Under the pieces are notes generated by a model, which saw only the letters and a list, made by a program, of their open reading frames with translations, searched no databases and was not told the origin of the DNA. This document shows, one piece after another, positions 35,633 through 46,572 of a stretch of 64,000 bases of DNA; within the stretch, counting starts at the first letter, position 1; every line of letters begins with the position of its first letter. This DNA is from Candidatus Omnitrophota bacterium (GTDB taxonomy: Bacteria > Omnitrophota > Gorgyraeia > B26-G9). Location of the stretch: NCBI GenBank assembly GCA_043826565.1, contig JBDRPX010000021.1, positions 18,022 to 82,021 of the forward strand, given 5' to 3'. Position numbers and translations under genes: made by a program.

Positions 35633-36466
35633 ATGAAGAGAAATATAATAAAGATTGCTGAAGATAAGTGCAATGGATGCGGGCTGTGTATGCCGAATTG
35701 TCCGGAAGGTGCAATTCAGATAATCGATGATAAGGCTCGATTGATCAGTGATCTCTTTTGTGATGGGTTGGGAGCTTGTATCGGTCATTGCCCGGAAGGC
35801 GCGATAACTATAGAGGAAAGAGAAGCCGTGGAGTATGATGAAAAAAAGACGATGGAGAATATTATTAAAGCCGGGTCGAATGTCATAAAAGCGCATTTAA
35901 AACATTTGCAGGACCATGGGCAAACCGATTTTTATAATCAGGCCTTAGAGGTTTTAAAAGATAAAAACATCGAGGTTTCTTTGGAAAATGAAAAACCGTC
36001 TATGCATAGTCATGAGGGCGGATGCCCGGGAATGAAAATGATGGATTTTAGAAAAGAGCAGACTTCTCGTCCGGATAATAAACCGGCTGTGTCAATGCAG
36101 TCGGAACTTAGGCAATGGCCTATACAATTGAAATTACTCAATCCCCAGGCGCCGTATTTTAAGGGCGCGGATTTACTTATTGCCGCGGATTGCGCTCCGT
36201 TTACTTATGCTAATTTTCATCAGAAATTTTTAAAGGGAAAGATACTGGTGATTTTCTGCCCGAAATTAGATGACGGGTTAGAAGGCTATGTGGAAAAACT
36301 GGCAGCAATTTTAAAGAATAGTAATATTAAGTCGATCACTACGGTGCACATGGAAGTACCGTGTTGTTCAGGTGTAGTTGGTATAGTAGAGAAGGCTCTG
36401 GAGAAATCCGGTAAAAATATAATCGTCAAAGATTATACGGTTTCTTTGCAGGGAGAATTAATTTAA
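35633..36466 (+). CDS. 4Fe-4S dicluster ferredoxin-domain protein
   Basis: CNGCGLCMPNCPEG and CDGLGACIGHCPEG are present, plus a Cys-containing C-terminal domain. It is encoded upstream of hcp. Confidence 0.6.
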   Translation: MKRNIIKIAEDKCNGCGLCMPNCPEGAIQIIDDKARLISDLFCDGLGACIGHCPEGAITIEEREAVEYDEKKTMENIIKAGSNVIKAHLKHLQDHGQTDFYNQALEVLKDKNIEVSLENEKPSMHSHEGGCPGMKMMDFRKEQTSRPDNKPAVSMQSELRQWPIQLKLLNPQAPYFKGADLLIAADCAPFTYANFHQKFLKGKILVIFCPKLDDGLEGYVEKLAAILKNSNIKSITTVHMEVPCCSGVVGIVEKALEKSGKNIIVKDYTVSLQGELI

Positions 36467-36480
36467 CTAGACAGAAGGAA

Positions 36481-36574
36481 GTCCGGGCACCAAAAAGATG
36501 TGCCACGGACATAAATTCGCCCAGATAACTTATGTTCACTTAGGTCCATAAGTTAGGGGCTCATTTAGGAGGGG
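36481..36574 (+). promoter_or_regulatory. conserved structured leader element, family 1, copy C
   Basis: Hairpin 1 (GUCCGGGCACC...GUGCCACGGAC) is followed by AUAAAUUCGCCCAG and then hairpin 2 (AUAACUUAUG-UUCAcuuagGUC-CAUAAGUUAg). GGGCUCAUUUAGGAGGGG follows and ends 7 nt before ATG 36582 (hcp). Confidence 0.55.
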
Positions 36575-36581
36575 ATAAATC

Positions 36582-38273
36582 ATGACAACAATGTTTTGCC
36601 GGCAGTGTGAACAGACAATAAATGGAAAGGGATGTGAAAAAACGCAGGGAGTTTGCGGAAAGACCGCGGAGACTTCTGTGCTTCAGGATTTGCTGATCCA
36701 CGTGCTTATCGGGATTGGTATTTACGGTAATCTTGCCCGGGAATTAACCGGGATCAAGGATAATAACCTGGATCTTTTTGTGATTGAAGGATTATTTACG
36801 ACGGTGACCAATGTTAATTTTGACCAAGCAAGGATCGCCGGCTTGATTTGGACAGCTTGTGAAAAGAAAGAAAAAATTAAAAATGTGTTTTTGGAACAGT
36901 ATAAAATTAATACCGGTAAAGAATTTGACCGGAAACTGCCGCTAGCGGCAAATTTCCAGCCGGCAGATACTTTAGAGGAATTGATTGAACAAGCAGGTAC
37001 TGTTGGGATTATGGCTGATCCTGATCTGAATGAAGATATCCGCAGCTTGCGTGAATTGCTTCTTTACAGTCTTAAGGGCATGGCCGCATATGCGGATCAC
37101 GCTTTGATCTTAGGTGAAAGAAATGAACAGGTAAACGCGTTTTTTTATAAGGGGTTGAATGCCTTGGCAGATGATAGTTTATCGGCGGATGATCTGGTCG
37201 GTTTATTGATGGAATTCGGCCAGGTAAATTTAACTTGTATGGAAACATTAGATCATGCGCATACAAATCATTTTGGGCATCCGGTGCCGACAAAAGTATC
37301 TTTAGGAATTAAAAAAGGCCCGGCAATTATTGTTTCCGGGCATGACCTTGCCGATTTAGAACAGCTTTTGGAGCAGACAAAAGATAAAGGAATAAACATT
37401 TATACTCACGGAGAAATGCTTCCGGCACACGGCTATCCGGGATTGAAAAAATATTCGCATTTGGCGGGGCATTTCGGCACGGCTTGGCAAAATCAGCAAA
37501 AAGAATTTGACGGAATCCCGGCAGTGGTGCTGATGACGACAAATTGTATTCAAAAACCGAAAGATTCATATAAGGATAATATTTTCACAACCAGCCTGGT
37601 TGCCTGGCCGGAGATTACGCATATTCAGGCACAATCTGACGGTAAGAAAGATTTTACCGCGGTAATCAATAAAGCGATTGGATTAGGCGGTTTTAGTGAA
37701 GATAAACCGGATAAAGATATTTTGGTAGGGTTTGGCCACAATGCTGTATTAGGGGTTGCGGATAAGGTAATTGCCGCGGTTAAAAACAAAGCCATAAGAC
37801 ATTTTTTTCTTATCGGCGGATGTGACGGAGCAAAGCCGGGAAGGAATTATTATACGGAATTTGCGCAGAAAGTTCCCGCGGACTGTGTAATCCTGACTCT
37901 GGCCTGCGGTAAATTTAGATTTAATACTCTTGATTTCGGAACTATCGGAGAACTGCCGCGGCTATTGGATTGCGGTCAGTGTAATGACGCTTATTCGGCG
38001 ATCAAGATCGCGGCAGCTTTAGCAGAAGCTTTTAATTGTTCGGTTAATGATTTACCGTTATCAATGATCCTTTCCTGGTATGAGCAAAAGGCGGTATGTA
38101 TACTAATTACTTTACTGTCCCTGGGAATAACAAAAATAAAGCTGGGGCCGTCCTTGCCGGCTTTTGTTTCTTCGAATGTGCTGAAGATCTTAGTGGAAAA
38201 ATTTACGATTGCGGCGATTACCACTCCGGATAAAGATTTAAAAGAGATACTCCCGGACCTGCAGATGGTATAA
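36582..38273 (+). CDS. hcp: hybrid-cluster protein (hydroxylamine reductase)
   Basis: The N-terminal MFCRQCEQT...GKGC...GVCGK cubane-cluster motif is present. Length is 563 aa and the C-terminus is typical of Hcp. Confidence 0.9.
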   Translation: MTTMFCRQCEQTINGKGCEKTQGVCGKTAETSVLQDLLIHVLIGIGIYGNLARELTGIKDNNLDLFVIEGLFTTVTNVNFDQARIAGLIWTACEKKEKIKNVFLEQYKINTGKEFDRKLPLAANFQPADTLEELIEQAGTVGIMADPDLNEDIRSLRELLLYSLKGMAAYADHALILGERNEQVNAFFYKGLNALADDSLSADDLVGLLMEFGQVNLTCMETLDHAHTNHFGHPVPTKVSLGIKKGPAIIVSGHDLADLEQLLEQTKDKGINIYTHGEMLPAHGYPGLKKYSHLAGHFGTAWQNQQKEFDGIPAVVLMTTNCIQKPKDSYKDNIFTTSLVAWPEITHIQAQSDGKKDFTAVINKAIGLGGFSEDKPDKDILVGFGHNAVLGVADKVIAAVKNKAIRHFFLIGGCDGAKPGRNYYTEFAQKVPADCVILTLACGKFRFNTLDFGTIGELPRLLDCGQCNDAYSAIKIAAALAEAFNCSVNDLPLSMILSWYEQKAVCILITLLSLGITKIKLGPSLPAFVSSNVLKILVEKFTIAAITTPDKDLKEILPDLQMV

Positions 38274-38309
38274 TAGTTTAAATGTAAACTAATTATCAGG
38301 AGGGGTGCG

Positions 38310-38705
38310 ATGTGCAGAAGAACTTTAATTGTGCTGATCGGATTATTTTTTCTGGTTACGCCGGTTTACGGGGGCTCGGCACAGGATATTTCTGTGCAAA
38401 AGGATAAGGCTAAACAGGAACTGCAGATAAAAGTGCGCTATCCTACGCGGCAGCCCCGGAATCAATATATCCGGACAATCGAGGTTTTTATTGATGATCA
38501 GGCGCCCATTGAAAGGAGATTTTCTTTTCAGAGAGGTAATTTTCAGAAGATGACTGTTCCGGTGCCTGAGCTGGCCGCGGTAAAAAAGGTTACGGTTAAG
38601 GCAAATCCAAAGACCGGTACTTATATTGAAAGAACTTTTTCCGAAAAAGAAATTCCGGAAGTAACCGAAGAAAAAGCTCCAAACCCACAAGAAGCTGATT
38701 ACTAA
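38310..38705 (+). CDS. hypothetical secreted protein
   Basis: A signal peptide is present and the protein is 131 aa. There is no family match from memory. Confidence 0.4.
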   Translation: MCRRTLIVLIGLFFLVTPVYGGSAQDISVQKDKAKQELQIKVRYPTRQPRNQYIRTIEVFIDDQAPIERRFSFQRGNFQKMTVPVPELAAVKKVTVKANPKTGTYIERTFSEKEIPEVTEEKAPNPQEADY

Positions 38706-38756
38706 ACCCCGTGGGGGGGAGGAAATGAAAAATTTTTATTAGGGGAGGCTTTGTTT

Positions 38757-39509
38757 GTGGGGAAAAGCAAAATTGCCATAGCTGCTGTATGTATTATTCT
38801 GGCGGCCTGGAGCGTACAGCTGATATTTGCCGAAGAAGAACAGTCAGGATTTGATCATTCGCTTTACGCGCAAACTTTGCGTATATCTGTTGTCGAGGGG
38901 CTGGTCAATTATACCGGATTGAAAATGAATTCGTTGAATCTTGACCGTTATTTAACGCTTGTCGGAGCAATGAATCCGCGGGCTCTGGATATTATGACGC
39001 GGAATGAAAAAACGGCATTTTATATAAATGTATATAATGCCCGCACTCTGCAGGTGATCCTTGAGCATTATCCGGTTTCTTCAATTAAAGAAATTCCCGG
39101 GGTATGGAATAAAATAAAGTTCAAAATTGCCGGAAAACAAATAACCCTTGATGAAATAGAACATGGTATTTTACGGGCTGAGTCTAAAGATCCGCGAATA
39201 CATTTTGCTTTAGTTTGCGCGGCCAAAGGATGCCCCGGCCTAAGAAATACTCCGTTTACCGAGAAAAATTTCCCGGCCCAGCTTAATGATGCCGGCCGTA
39301 AATTTCTTAATGATAAAACCAAAAACAGGCTGGATAAAGAAAACAATATTCTGTACCTTTCTTCGATATTCAAATGGTTTAAAGAAGATTTTGGGAATGT
39401 TAAAAATTTTATCGAAAAGTATATGTCTAAAAATGACATTGAATTTATTGAAAAGAACAGGCCGAAGATCCGGTATCAGTATGACTGGTCTTTAAACGAG
39501 TTGAAATGA
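38757..39509 (+). CDS. DUF547-domain protein
   Basis: FYINVYNARTL and ALVCAAKGCP are hallmark DUF547 motifs. The start was placed at GTG 38757, which has AGGGGAGG 8 nt upstream. The track start is a TTG. Confidence 0.55.
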   Translation: MGKSKIAIAAVCIILAAWSVQLIFAEEEQSGFDHSLYAQTLRISVVEGLVNYTGLKMNSLNLDRYLTLVGAMNPRALDIMTRNEKTAFYINVYNARTLQVILEHYPVSSIKEIPGVWNKIKFKIAGKQITLDEIEHGILRAESKDPRIHFALVCAAKGCPGLRNTPFTEKNFPAQLNDAGRKFLNDKTKNRLDKENNILYLSSIFKWFKEDFGNVKNFIEKYMSKNDIEFIEKNRPKIRYQYDWSLNELK

Positions 39510-39556
39510 TATCGATAATTATTCCGACATATAATGAGGAGAAAAATAATTAGAAG

Positions 39557-40018
39557 ATGATTATGTTTAAAAAAGCTGGTTTATTTATGCTCCTATTGTT
39601 AGTGTGCATATTGTCTTCAGCTTGTTCTACTCCGGGAACGCTTAAATTGTATTGTCACAATAGGCCTTATTACTTACCGCGTACGACAAATAAGGGATTA
39701 ATGTTTATTTACCGGGAGCCGACTTCTCTGGCTAAGAATCGAGGTATATACATTAATGCCGGCAGTGCCCGGATCGGAGGCGTTAATAACGGTACTTATT
39801 TTGTTTATGAAGCCGACCCCGGGAGAGTAGAATTATCTGTTGAGAATAAATTTAAAAAGAGTCCGGCGTATGCGGTTAATATTGAATCAGGCAAGTACTA
39901 TTTTTTTAGAGTGGGATTCAGTGATGGATTATGGGATTATGAACCGTTTATAATGCGGGTACAGGATGCTGTGGGAAAGATCGTTATACCTAGTCTTATA
40001 TATGCTACGCTTGAATAG
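39557..40018 (+). CDS. hypothetical lipoprotein
   Basis: A signal peptide with an LSSAC lipobox is present. Length is 153 aa. Confidence 0.45.
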   Translation: MIMFKKAGLFMLLLLVCILSSACSTPGTLKLYCHNRPYYLPRTTNKGLMFIYREPTSLAKNRGIYINAGSARIGGVNNGTYFVYEADPGRVELSVENKFKKSPAYAVNIESGKYYFFRVGFSDGLWDYEPFIMRVQDAVGKIVIPSLIYATLE

Positions 40019-40035
40019 TTATAGGAATTATAACA

Positions 40036-40494
40036 ATGAAAGTAATAAAAGGAGACCTTATAAAAAAAGCGCAAGCCGCTGAATTTGATGTGATCATTCA
40101 TGGATGTAATTGTTTCTGTGCCATGGGCGCCGGAATTGCCAAAAGCATAAAAACAGCTTTTCCCCAGGCGTACGAGGCGGATTTAAAAACCACAAAAGGG
40201 GATAAAGCAAAACTGGGAACCTGCAGTGTTGCCGCGGTGCAAACGGGAAAAGGTAAAGTTTACGTAGTTAATGCTTATACACAGTATAATTTTAGCGGCC
40301 GGGGTGTTTTAGTTGATTATGAGGCTATACGGTCGTGTATGAAGTGGGTAAAAAAGAATTTTAGTTCCCAAAGAATAGGAATTCCCAAGTTGGGCGCTGG
40401 ATTAGCCGGAGGTGATTGGCAGGTAATTTCAGCAATTATAAATGAGGAGCTTTCCGGAGAAGATGTGACTCTGGTCGAATATTTGCCAGGGTAA
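40036..40494 (+). CDS. macro-domain (ADP-ribose-binding / O-acetyl-ADP-ribose deacetylase-like) protein
   Basis: MKVIKGDLIKKAQAAEFDVIIHGCNCFCAMGAGIAKSIK is the macro-domain N-terminus. Length is 152 aa. Confidence 0.7.
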   Translation: MKVIKGDLIKKAQAAEFDVIIHGCNCFCAMGAGIAKSIKTAFPQAYEADLKTTKGDKAKLGTCSVAAVQTGKGKVYVVNAYTQYNFSGRGVLVDYEAIRSCMKWVKKNFSSQRIGIPKLGAGLAGGDWQVISAIINEELSGEDVTLVEYLPG

Positions 40495-40664
40495 CGTCTT
40501 ATTAATAAAATAGTTAAGTAAATTATTAAAAAGACTATTGACAAATAATTTTTTTTCATTATAATTACTAGTAAAGAGATAGTAATACTAGTGATTAAAT
40601 AATCTTCTTCGGGAGTGAGTGTTATTAGGCTATATATACTAGTAAAGCAATGGAAAAGTAGGGT

Positions 40665-40892
40665 ATGAATATGGATCATCCAAAAAGATCGTTAATCAAA
40701 GCACTTTCATGGAGAACGTTTGGTTTTATTACTACAACTGTAATTGTTTATATTTATAGTGGTAACGTTGCGGAATCATTTGCTGTGGGTATAGGGGTGG
40801 AGAGTGTAAAGCTATTGTTGTATTACATGCATGAGAGAATTTGGAATAAGGTGGAGTATGGGAGAGTGAAAGAACCAGAGTATCAAATTTAG
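40665..40892 (+). CDS. DUF2061-family small membrane protein
   Basis: SWRTFGFITTTVIVYIYSG matches DUF2061. It directly precedes cysH. Confidence 0.5.
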   Translation: MNMDHPKRSLIKALSWRTFGFITTTVIVYIYSGNVAESFAVGIGVESVKLLLYYMHERIWNKVEYGRVKEPEYQI

Positions 40893-40920
40893 TTGATAAT
40901 TAAGAACGAGGAGGTTAAAT

Positions 40921-41637
40921 ATGGGATTACTGGAAGCTAAAGAAGATATTAGATCATTGGTGGAAAATTTGAATTTTAAGGAAAAAGTTGATCGGTCTTT
41001 GCGTTTGATTGGAGAAGTATATGAAAAATATGGAGACGGATTAGTTGTTGCTAATAGCTTAGGTAAGGATTCAGTGGTGGTGTGGGATTTGGCTAAAAGA
41101 GTAAGTGTTAATATTCAGGGTTTTATTGTAACGACCAGATTTAAGCCTGTAGAAACTGTGGCATTTATGAATGAGGAAGTAGCGCGTTATCCGGAATTGA
41201 AGGTCTATAAAAATGATGTTAGAATTCCGGAAAAATTGTATGAGACAAACCCTGACCAATGTTGTGATCTGTTAAAAGTAGATCCGGTAAAAAGAGCGGT
41301 TGAAGAAATGAAAGTGAGTTGCTGGGTCACTGGTCTGCGTTGTACAGAGGGGCGAACACGTACAGATTACAAGGAAGTTGAGGAAAGAGATAAAGACTTA
41401 TTAAAACTTAATCCTATTCTTATTTGGAAAGAACGCGAAGTTTGGCAGTATTTAGCTGTATATGGTGTAAAGGTGAATTCATTGTATGCGCAAGGGTATC
41501 GTTCTTTAGGATGCTTGCCATGTACAAAGATAACAAGTGATGATAATGAACGTGCCGGCCGCTGGATCGGGACAAGTAAGTGCGGCGGAGAGTGTGGCAT
41601 TCATACCAGACCGCTAAAAACAGTGCAAGGGAGCTAA
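40921..41637 (+). CDS. cysH: phosphoadenosine/adenosine phosphosulfate reductase (CysH family, Fe-S type with CC...CxxC)
   Basis: A PAPS-reductase fold is present. CC is at DQCCDLL and CxxC at GCLPC. The C-terminal ECGIH catalytic motif is present. Confidence 0.8.
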   Translation: MGLLEAKEDIRSLVENLNFKEKVDRSLRLIGEVYEKYGDGLVVANSLGKDSVVVWDLAKRVSVNIQGFIVTTRFKPVETVAFMNEEVARYPELKVYKNDVRIPEKLYETNPDQCCDLLKVDPVKRAVEEMKVSCWVTGLRCTEGRTRTDYKEVEERDKDLLKLNPILIWKEREVWQYLAVYGVKVNSLYAQGYRSLGCLPCTKITSDDNERAGRWIGTSKCGGECGIHTRPLKTVQGS

Positions 41638-41638
41638 A

Positions 41639-42358
41639 ATGGAAATTAATAATGCAAAACTTGATCTACTGAAAAAAGTAGGATTTTTAAAAGCAAAGCA
41701 AGAAGATTTTTTTACGTTAAGGACCAGAATGCCTGCGGGCAATTATACGGCAGAACAGCTTATTAAGCTGGGAGAGCTTGCTCGTAAGTATGGAAAGGGA
41801 TTTGTTCATCTTACGGTGCGGCAGGGCATTGAAATACCGTTTATAAATGCTCTTGATATTGATGCTGTCGGAAAAGAGCTAGATGATAGCGGTGTTCAGC
41901 GAGGTACCTCCGGGCCGCGTTTGCGTGCTACCACTTGTTGTCCGGGTAATAGCTGGTGTAAAAGGGGCATGATCGACACGTTTTCTTTCTTTGATGCTGT
42001 TGAAAAGTTTGGGATACGCTGTGCTATGGATTTGCCGCACAAATTTAAGATTGCTATTGCGGGATGTTCAAATATGTGTACTCGAGGGCAGAGTTCTGAG
42101 GTAGGAATATTCGGTGCCGCGGATATACAAAGAAATCAGATTGGATATGGAGTGTATGTTGGCGGCTGCGGGGGACGGAATCCCCGGTTAGGTATTAGGT
42201 TAAAAAGGATTTTTAATGAAGAGGAAGTGTTGTCTTTAATTGAGAAAATAGTTGCTTATTATAAGTATAATGCCCGGGCCAAGCAAAGGTTGGGAGCTTT
42301 GATAGAAGAAGCCGGAGAAGAAAAGCTTCTAGAGTCAATTGGAGAAGAAAAAGCTTAA
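41639..42358 (+). CDS. small assimilatory-type sulfite reductase (siroheme/4Fe-4S; alSiR-like)
   Basis: The NiR/SiR cluster motifs C-x5-C (CPGNSWC) and C-x3-C (CSNMC) are present. Length is 239 aa and its start overlaps the cysH stop. Confidence 0.65.
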   Translation: MEINNAKLDLLKKVGFLKAKQEDFFTLRTRMPAGNYTAEQLIKLGELARKYGKGFVHLTVRQGIEIPFINALDIDAVGKELDDSGVQRGTSGPRLRATTCCPGNSWCKRGMIDTFSFFDAVEKFGIRCAMDLPHKFKIAIAGCSNMCTRGQSSEVGIFGAADIQRNQIGYGVYVGGCGGRNPRLGIRLKRIFNEEEVLSLIEKIVAYYKYNARAKQRLGALIEEAGEEKLLESIGEEKA

Positions 42359-42414
42359 TAAAAGACAATCTTCTTGACATTAAATGGGAAAAAGGAGTAC
42401 ATTGCTACTAAAAC

Positions 42415-42455
42415 TAGTAAATTAGTAGTAAATTAGTAGTAAATTAGTAGTAAAT
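42415..42455 (+). repeat. tandem TAGTAGTAAAT repeats (about 3.7 copies) in the leader of the Rrf2 gene
   Basis: The sequence is tagtaaat-tagtagtaaat-tagtagtaaat-tagtagtaaat. The related ACTAGTAAAG appears twice upstream of the DUF2061-cysH operon, at 40570-40660. Confidence 0.6.
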
Positions 42456-42465
42456 GGAGGTATTG

Positions 42466-42906
42466 ATGAAAATTTCAACACGAGCACGATACGGAACACG
42501 TTTAATGCTGGAGCTGGGGCTGCATTATGGAGAAGGCCCGGTGTTCTTAAGAGAGATTGCTAAGGCCGAAGATATATCGGAGAAATATTTAAGCCAGATA
42601 ATTATTCCTTTAAAAGCAGTCGGCCTGGTAAACTCATTCCGCGGAGCGCGCGGCGGTTATATTTTAGCCAGAGATCCTGAAGAAATTACAGTTAAAGAGA
42701 TCGTGGAAGTATTAGAAGGCGGCTTTACTCTTGTTGAATGTATAAATAATTCGGAGTTATGTAATCGTACTTCAAGATGCGTGACCAGAAAACTGTGGCG
42801 TGATTTGGGAAATCAGATTGCGATCATGCTGGGCTCGGTTACGCTCAAAGAATTAGTAATTCAATGTAAAAGTAAAAATCAGGACGCGATGATGTATAAT
42901 ATATGA
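42466..42906 (+). CDS. Rrf2-family transcriptional regulator (IscR/CymR-like, with three C-terminal Cys)
   Basis: MKISTRARYGTRLMLELG...GARGGYILAR is the Rrf2 wHTH. The start was moved to ATG 42466, which has GGAGG 6 nt upstream. Confidence 0.8.
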   Translation: MKISTRARYGTRLMLELGLHYGEGPVFLREIAKAEDISEKYLSQIIIPLKAVGLVNSFRGARGGYILARDPEEITVKEIVEVLEGGFTLVECINNSELCNRTSRCVTRKLWRDLGNQIAIMLGSVTLKELVIQCKSKNQDAMMYNI

Positions 42907-43007
42907 AATAGGTGGTAGGTGGTAAGTGTTAAGTAAAAACAAAAAGCTCAATTTTAAAAGATGAAAAAGAAGAACTAAAAGATTTAGAGTAGAGATGATC
43001 CAAAACT

Positions 43008-43035
43008 AAACGCTAGACGCTCTACGCTAAACGCT
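43008..43035 (+). repeat. four tandem heptamers (nnACGCT) in the metY leader
   Basis: The units are aaacgct-agacgct-ctacgct-aaacgct. Confidence 0.4.
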
Positions 43036-43037
43036 AA

Positions 43038-44351
<1,314 letters not shown>

Positions 44352-44368
44352 AAAAAAGGGAGATAATT

Positions 44369-45295
44369 ATGTCACGTATATATAATGATATTACACAGAC
44401 GATCGGAAATACACCGTTAGTTAAGTTAAATAAATTAGCCGAAGGTTTATCCGCGACTATCCTGATGAAGGTGGAGTCATTTAATCCGCTTTCCAGTGTG
44501 AAAGATAGAATTGGATTGGCTATGATCGAAGCCGCGGAAAAAGAAGGAAAAATAAATAAGGACTCAGTGATCATTGAGCCGACCAGCGGAAATACCGGAA
44601 TTGCCTTAGCTTTTGTGAGCGCGGCAAAAGGATATAAATTGATTCTGACGATGCCGGACACAATGAGCCTCGAGCGCAGAAAACTATTAAAGATATTAGG
44701 CGCGGAATTAGTCTTGACCGACGGAACTAAAGGGATGAAAGGTGCGGTAGAAAAAGCCGAAGAACTTGTAAAAAATACACCAAATGGTTTTATGCCTCAG
44801 CAGTTTAATAATCCCATAAATCCCCAAATACATCGCCGGACAACCGCAAAAGAAATATGGGATGATACTGACGGAGGTGTGGATGTTTTTATTGCCGGAG
44901 TCGGTACCGGAGGTACGATCACCGGAGTAGGTGAAATCTTAAAGGCGAAAAAACCTTCGGTAAAGGTTATTGCTCTTGAGCCGACAGGTTCTCCGGTATT
45001 ATCCGGAGGTGACCCCGGGCCGCACAAGATCCAGGGTATTGGCGCGGGATTTATCCCGGGAGTATTGGACCGGAAAGTTGTCGATGAAATTTTGAAGGTT
45101 GACGAAGCTGATGCCGGAGTTACAGCTCGCCGTTTGGCTAAAGAAGAAGGAATATTTGTCGGAATATCCAGCGGAGCCGCGGTTTGGGCAGCCATAGAAG
45201 TGGCCAAGCGTCCGGAATCTAAGGGGAAAACCATTGTGGTTATTTTGCCGGATTCCGGGGAAAGATATTTATCAACGTGGCTGTTTGAAGACTAG
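44369..45295 (+). CDS. cysK: cysteine synthase A (O-acetylserine sulfhydrylase)
   Basis: [17 protein letters not shown] and the GTGGT glycine loop are present. Length is 308 aa. Confidence 0.9.
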   Translation: MSRIYNDITQTIGNTPLVKLNKLAEGLSATILMKVESFNPLSSVKDRIGLAMIEAAEKEGKINKDSVIIEPTSGNTGIALAFVSAAKGYKLILTMPDTMSLERRKLLKILGAELVLTDGTKGMKGAVEKAEELVKNTPNGFMPQQFNNPINPQIHRRTTAKEIWDDTDGGVDVFIAGVGTGGTITGVGEILKAKKPSVKVIALEPTGSPVLSGGDPGPHKIQGIGAGFIPGVLDRKVVDEILKVDEADAGVTARRLAKEEGIFVGISSGAAVWAAIEVAKRPESKGKTIVVILPDSGERYLSTWLFED

Positions 45296-45377
45296 AAGAC
45301 AGAAAACAGAGGTCAGAAGTCAGAAAAAAGCATTCTGATAACCGACAAAGAGTTCAATTTTAAAGGGAATAAAATAA

Positions 45378-45411
45378 TGTTTGTAATTTGGATTTTGTTT
45401 ATTGTAATTTA
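45378..45411 (+). promoter_or_regulatory. TGTTTGTAATTTGGATTTTGTTTATTGTAATTTA operator-like repeat element upstream of metX
   Basis: Near-identical to 24024-24058. Confidence 0.45.
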
Positions 45412-45435
45412 TTAAAAAGAGGTCAAGACATTAAG

Positions 45436-46572
45436 ATGGATAAAAGTATAGGTATCGTTAAGCCAGAATATTTTACATTTGCCCAGCCGCCGGAGGAATT
45501 GGTTCTTGACTCCGGGCAAAAACTGGGGCCGATAACAATTGCTTATGAGACTTACGGAGACCTGAATAAGGACAAGAGTAATGCGATCCTTATTTTACAT
45601 GCGTTTTCCGGGGATGCTCATGCCGCGGGTTTTCACCAGGGGGAGGATAAACCGGGCTGGTGGGATAACTTGATCGGCCCGAGTAAAGCATTTGATACAG
45701 ATAAATACTTTGTTATTTGTTCTAATGTTATTGGCGGTTGTCAGGGAAGCACCGGGCCTTCCTTAACTGATCCTCTAACAGGAAAGCCCTATGCGCTGGA
45801 TTTCCCTTTGATCACGATCGCGGATATGGTTAATGCTCAGAAAAAACTCATTGATTATTTGGGGATAGGAAAACTTTTATGTGTTAGCGGAGGGTCCATG
45901 GGCGGGATGCAGGTTTTGCAATGGGTAGCATCGTATCCGGATATGGTTCGCTGTGCGATCCCGATTGCTACGGCTTTAAAACATTCATCCCAGCAGATCG
46001 CTTTTGATGAAGTCGGCCGGCAGGCAATAATGGCGGATCCGGAATGGCGGGAGGGAAATTATTACGGCCTGGGACAGCCGGAACGCGGCTTGTCTGTAGC
46101 GCGCATGGTCGGACATATTACCTATATGAGTGAAAAATCCATGGAGGATAAATTTTCCCGGAAACTTAAAGATGATAAATACAGTTTTACTTTTAAGACT
46201 GATTTTGAAGTAGAAGGATATTTGCGTCATCAGGGAGATAATTTTGTAAAGCGCTTTGACGCGAATTCTTATTTATATATTACTAAGGCAATGGATTATT
46301 TTGACCTTTCTCAAGGGAAGCTTTTTCCTACCGGCAAAACTGTGGATACGCGGTTTTTGGTAATCGCGTTTCGTTCGGATTGGTTATATCCTTCGGCGCA
46401 GTCAAAAGAATTGGTACGGGAGTTAAAGATGAGGCATGTGGATACAACATATTGCGAGATTGCGTCTACTTATGGGCATGACGCGTTTTTACTTGAAGTT
46501 GAAGAAGAAACTCATTTGATAAAGCATTTTCTAAAAGAAGAAGTCAGACGGCAGAGGTCAGATGTCAGATAA
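45436..46572 (+). CDS. metX: homoserine O-acetyltransferase
   Basis: An alpha/beta-hydrolase MetX fold is present (GGSMGGMQ). The start was set at ATG 45436 (MDKSIG...), because the track start is a TTG inside the upstream motif. Confidence 0.85.
   Translation: MDKSIGIVKPEYFTFAQPPEELVLDSGQKLGPITIAYETYGDLNKDKSNAILILHAFSGDAHAAGFHQGEDKPGWWDNLIGPSKAFDTDKYFVICSNVIGGCQGSTGPSLTDPLTGKPYALDFPLITIADMVNAQKKLIDYLGIGKLLCVSGGSMGGMQVLQWVASYPDMVRCAIPIATALKHSSQQIAFDEVGRQAIMADPEWREGNYYGLGQPERGLSVARMVGHITYMSEKSMEDKFSRKLKDDKYSFTFKTDFEVEGYLRHQGDNFVKRFDANSYLYITKAMDYFDLSQGKLFPTGKTVDTRFLVIAFRSDWLYPSAQSKELVRELKMRHVDTTYCEIASTYGHDAFLLEVEEETHLIKHFLKEEVRRQRSDVR

Noticed and set aside
42415-42455. Tandem 11-nt repeats considered as a possible CRISPR or minisatellite.
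   Set aside because: The units are contiguous with no spacers, far too short for CRISPR, and sit in a gene leader. An operator array is more plausible.
45388-45435. The track's TTG start for metX ([16 protein letters not shown]...).
   Set aside because: It lies inside the conserved TTTGTAATTTGG element. ATG 45436 (MDKSIG) is the conserved MetX N-terminus.
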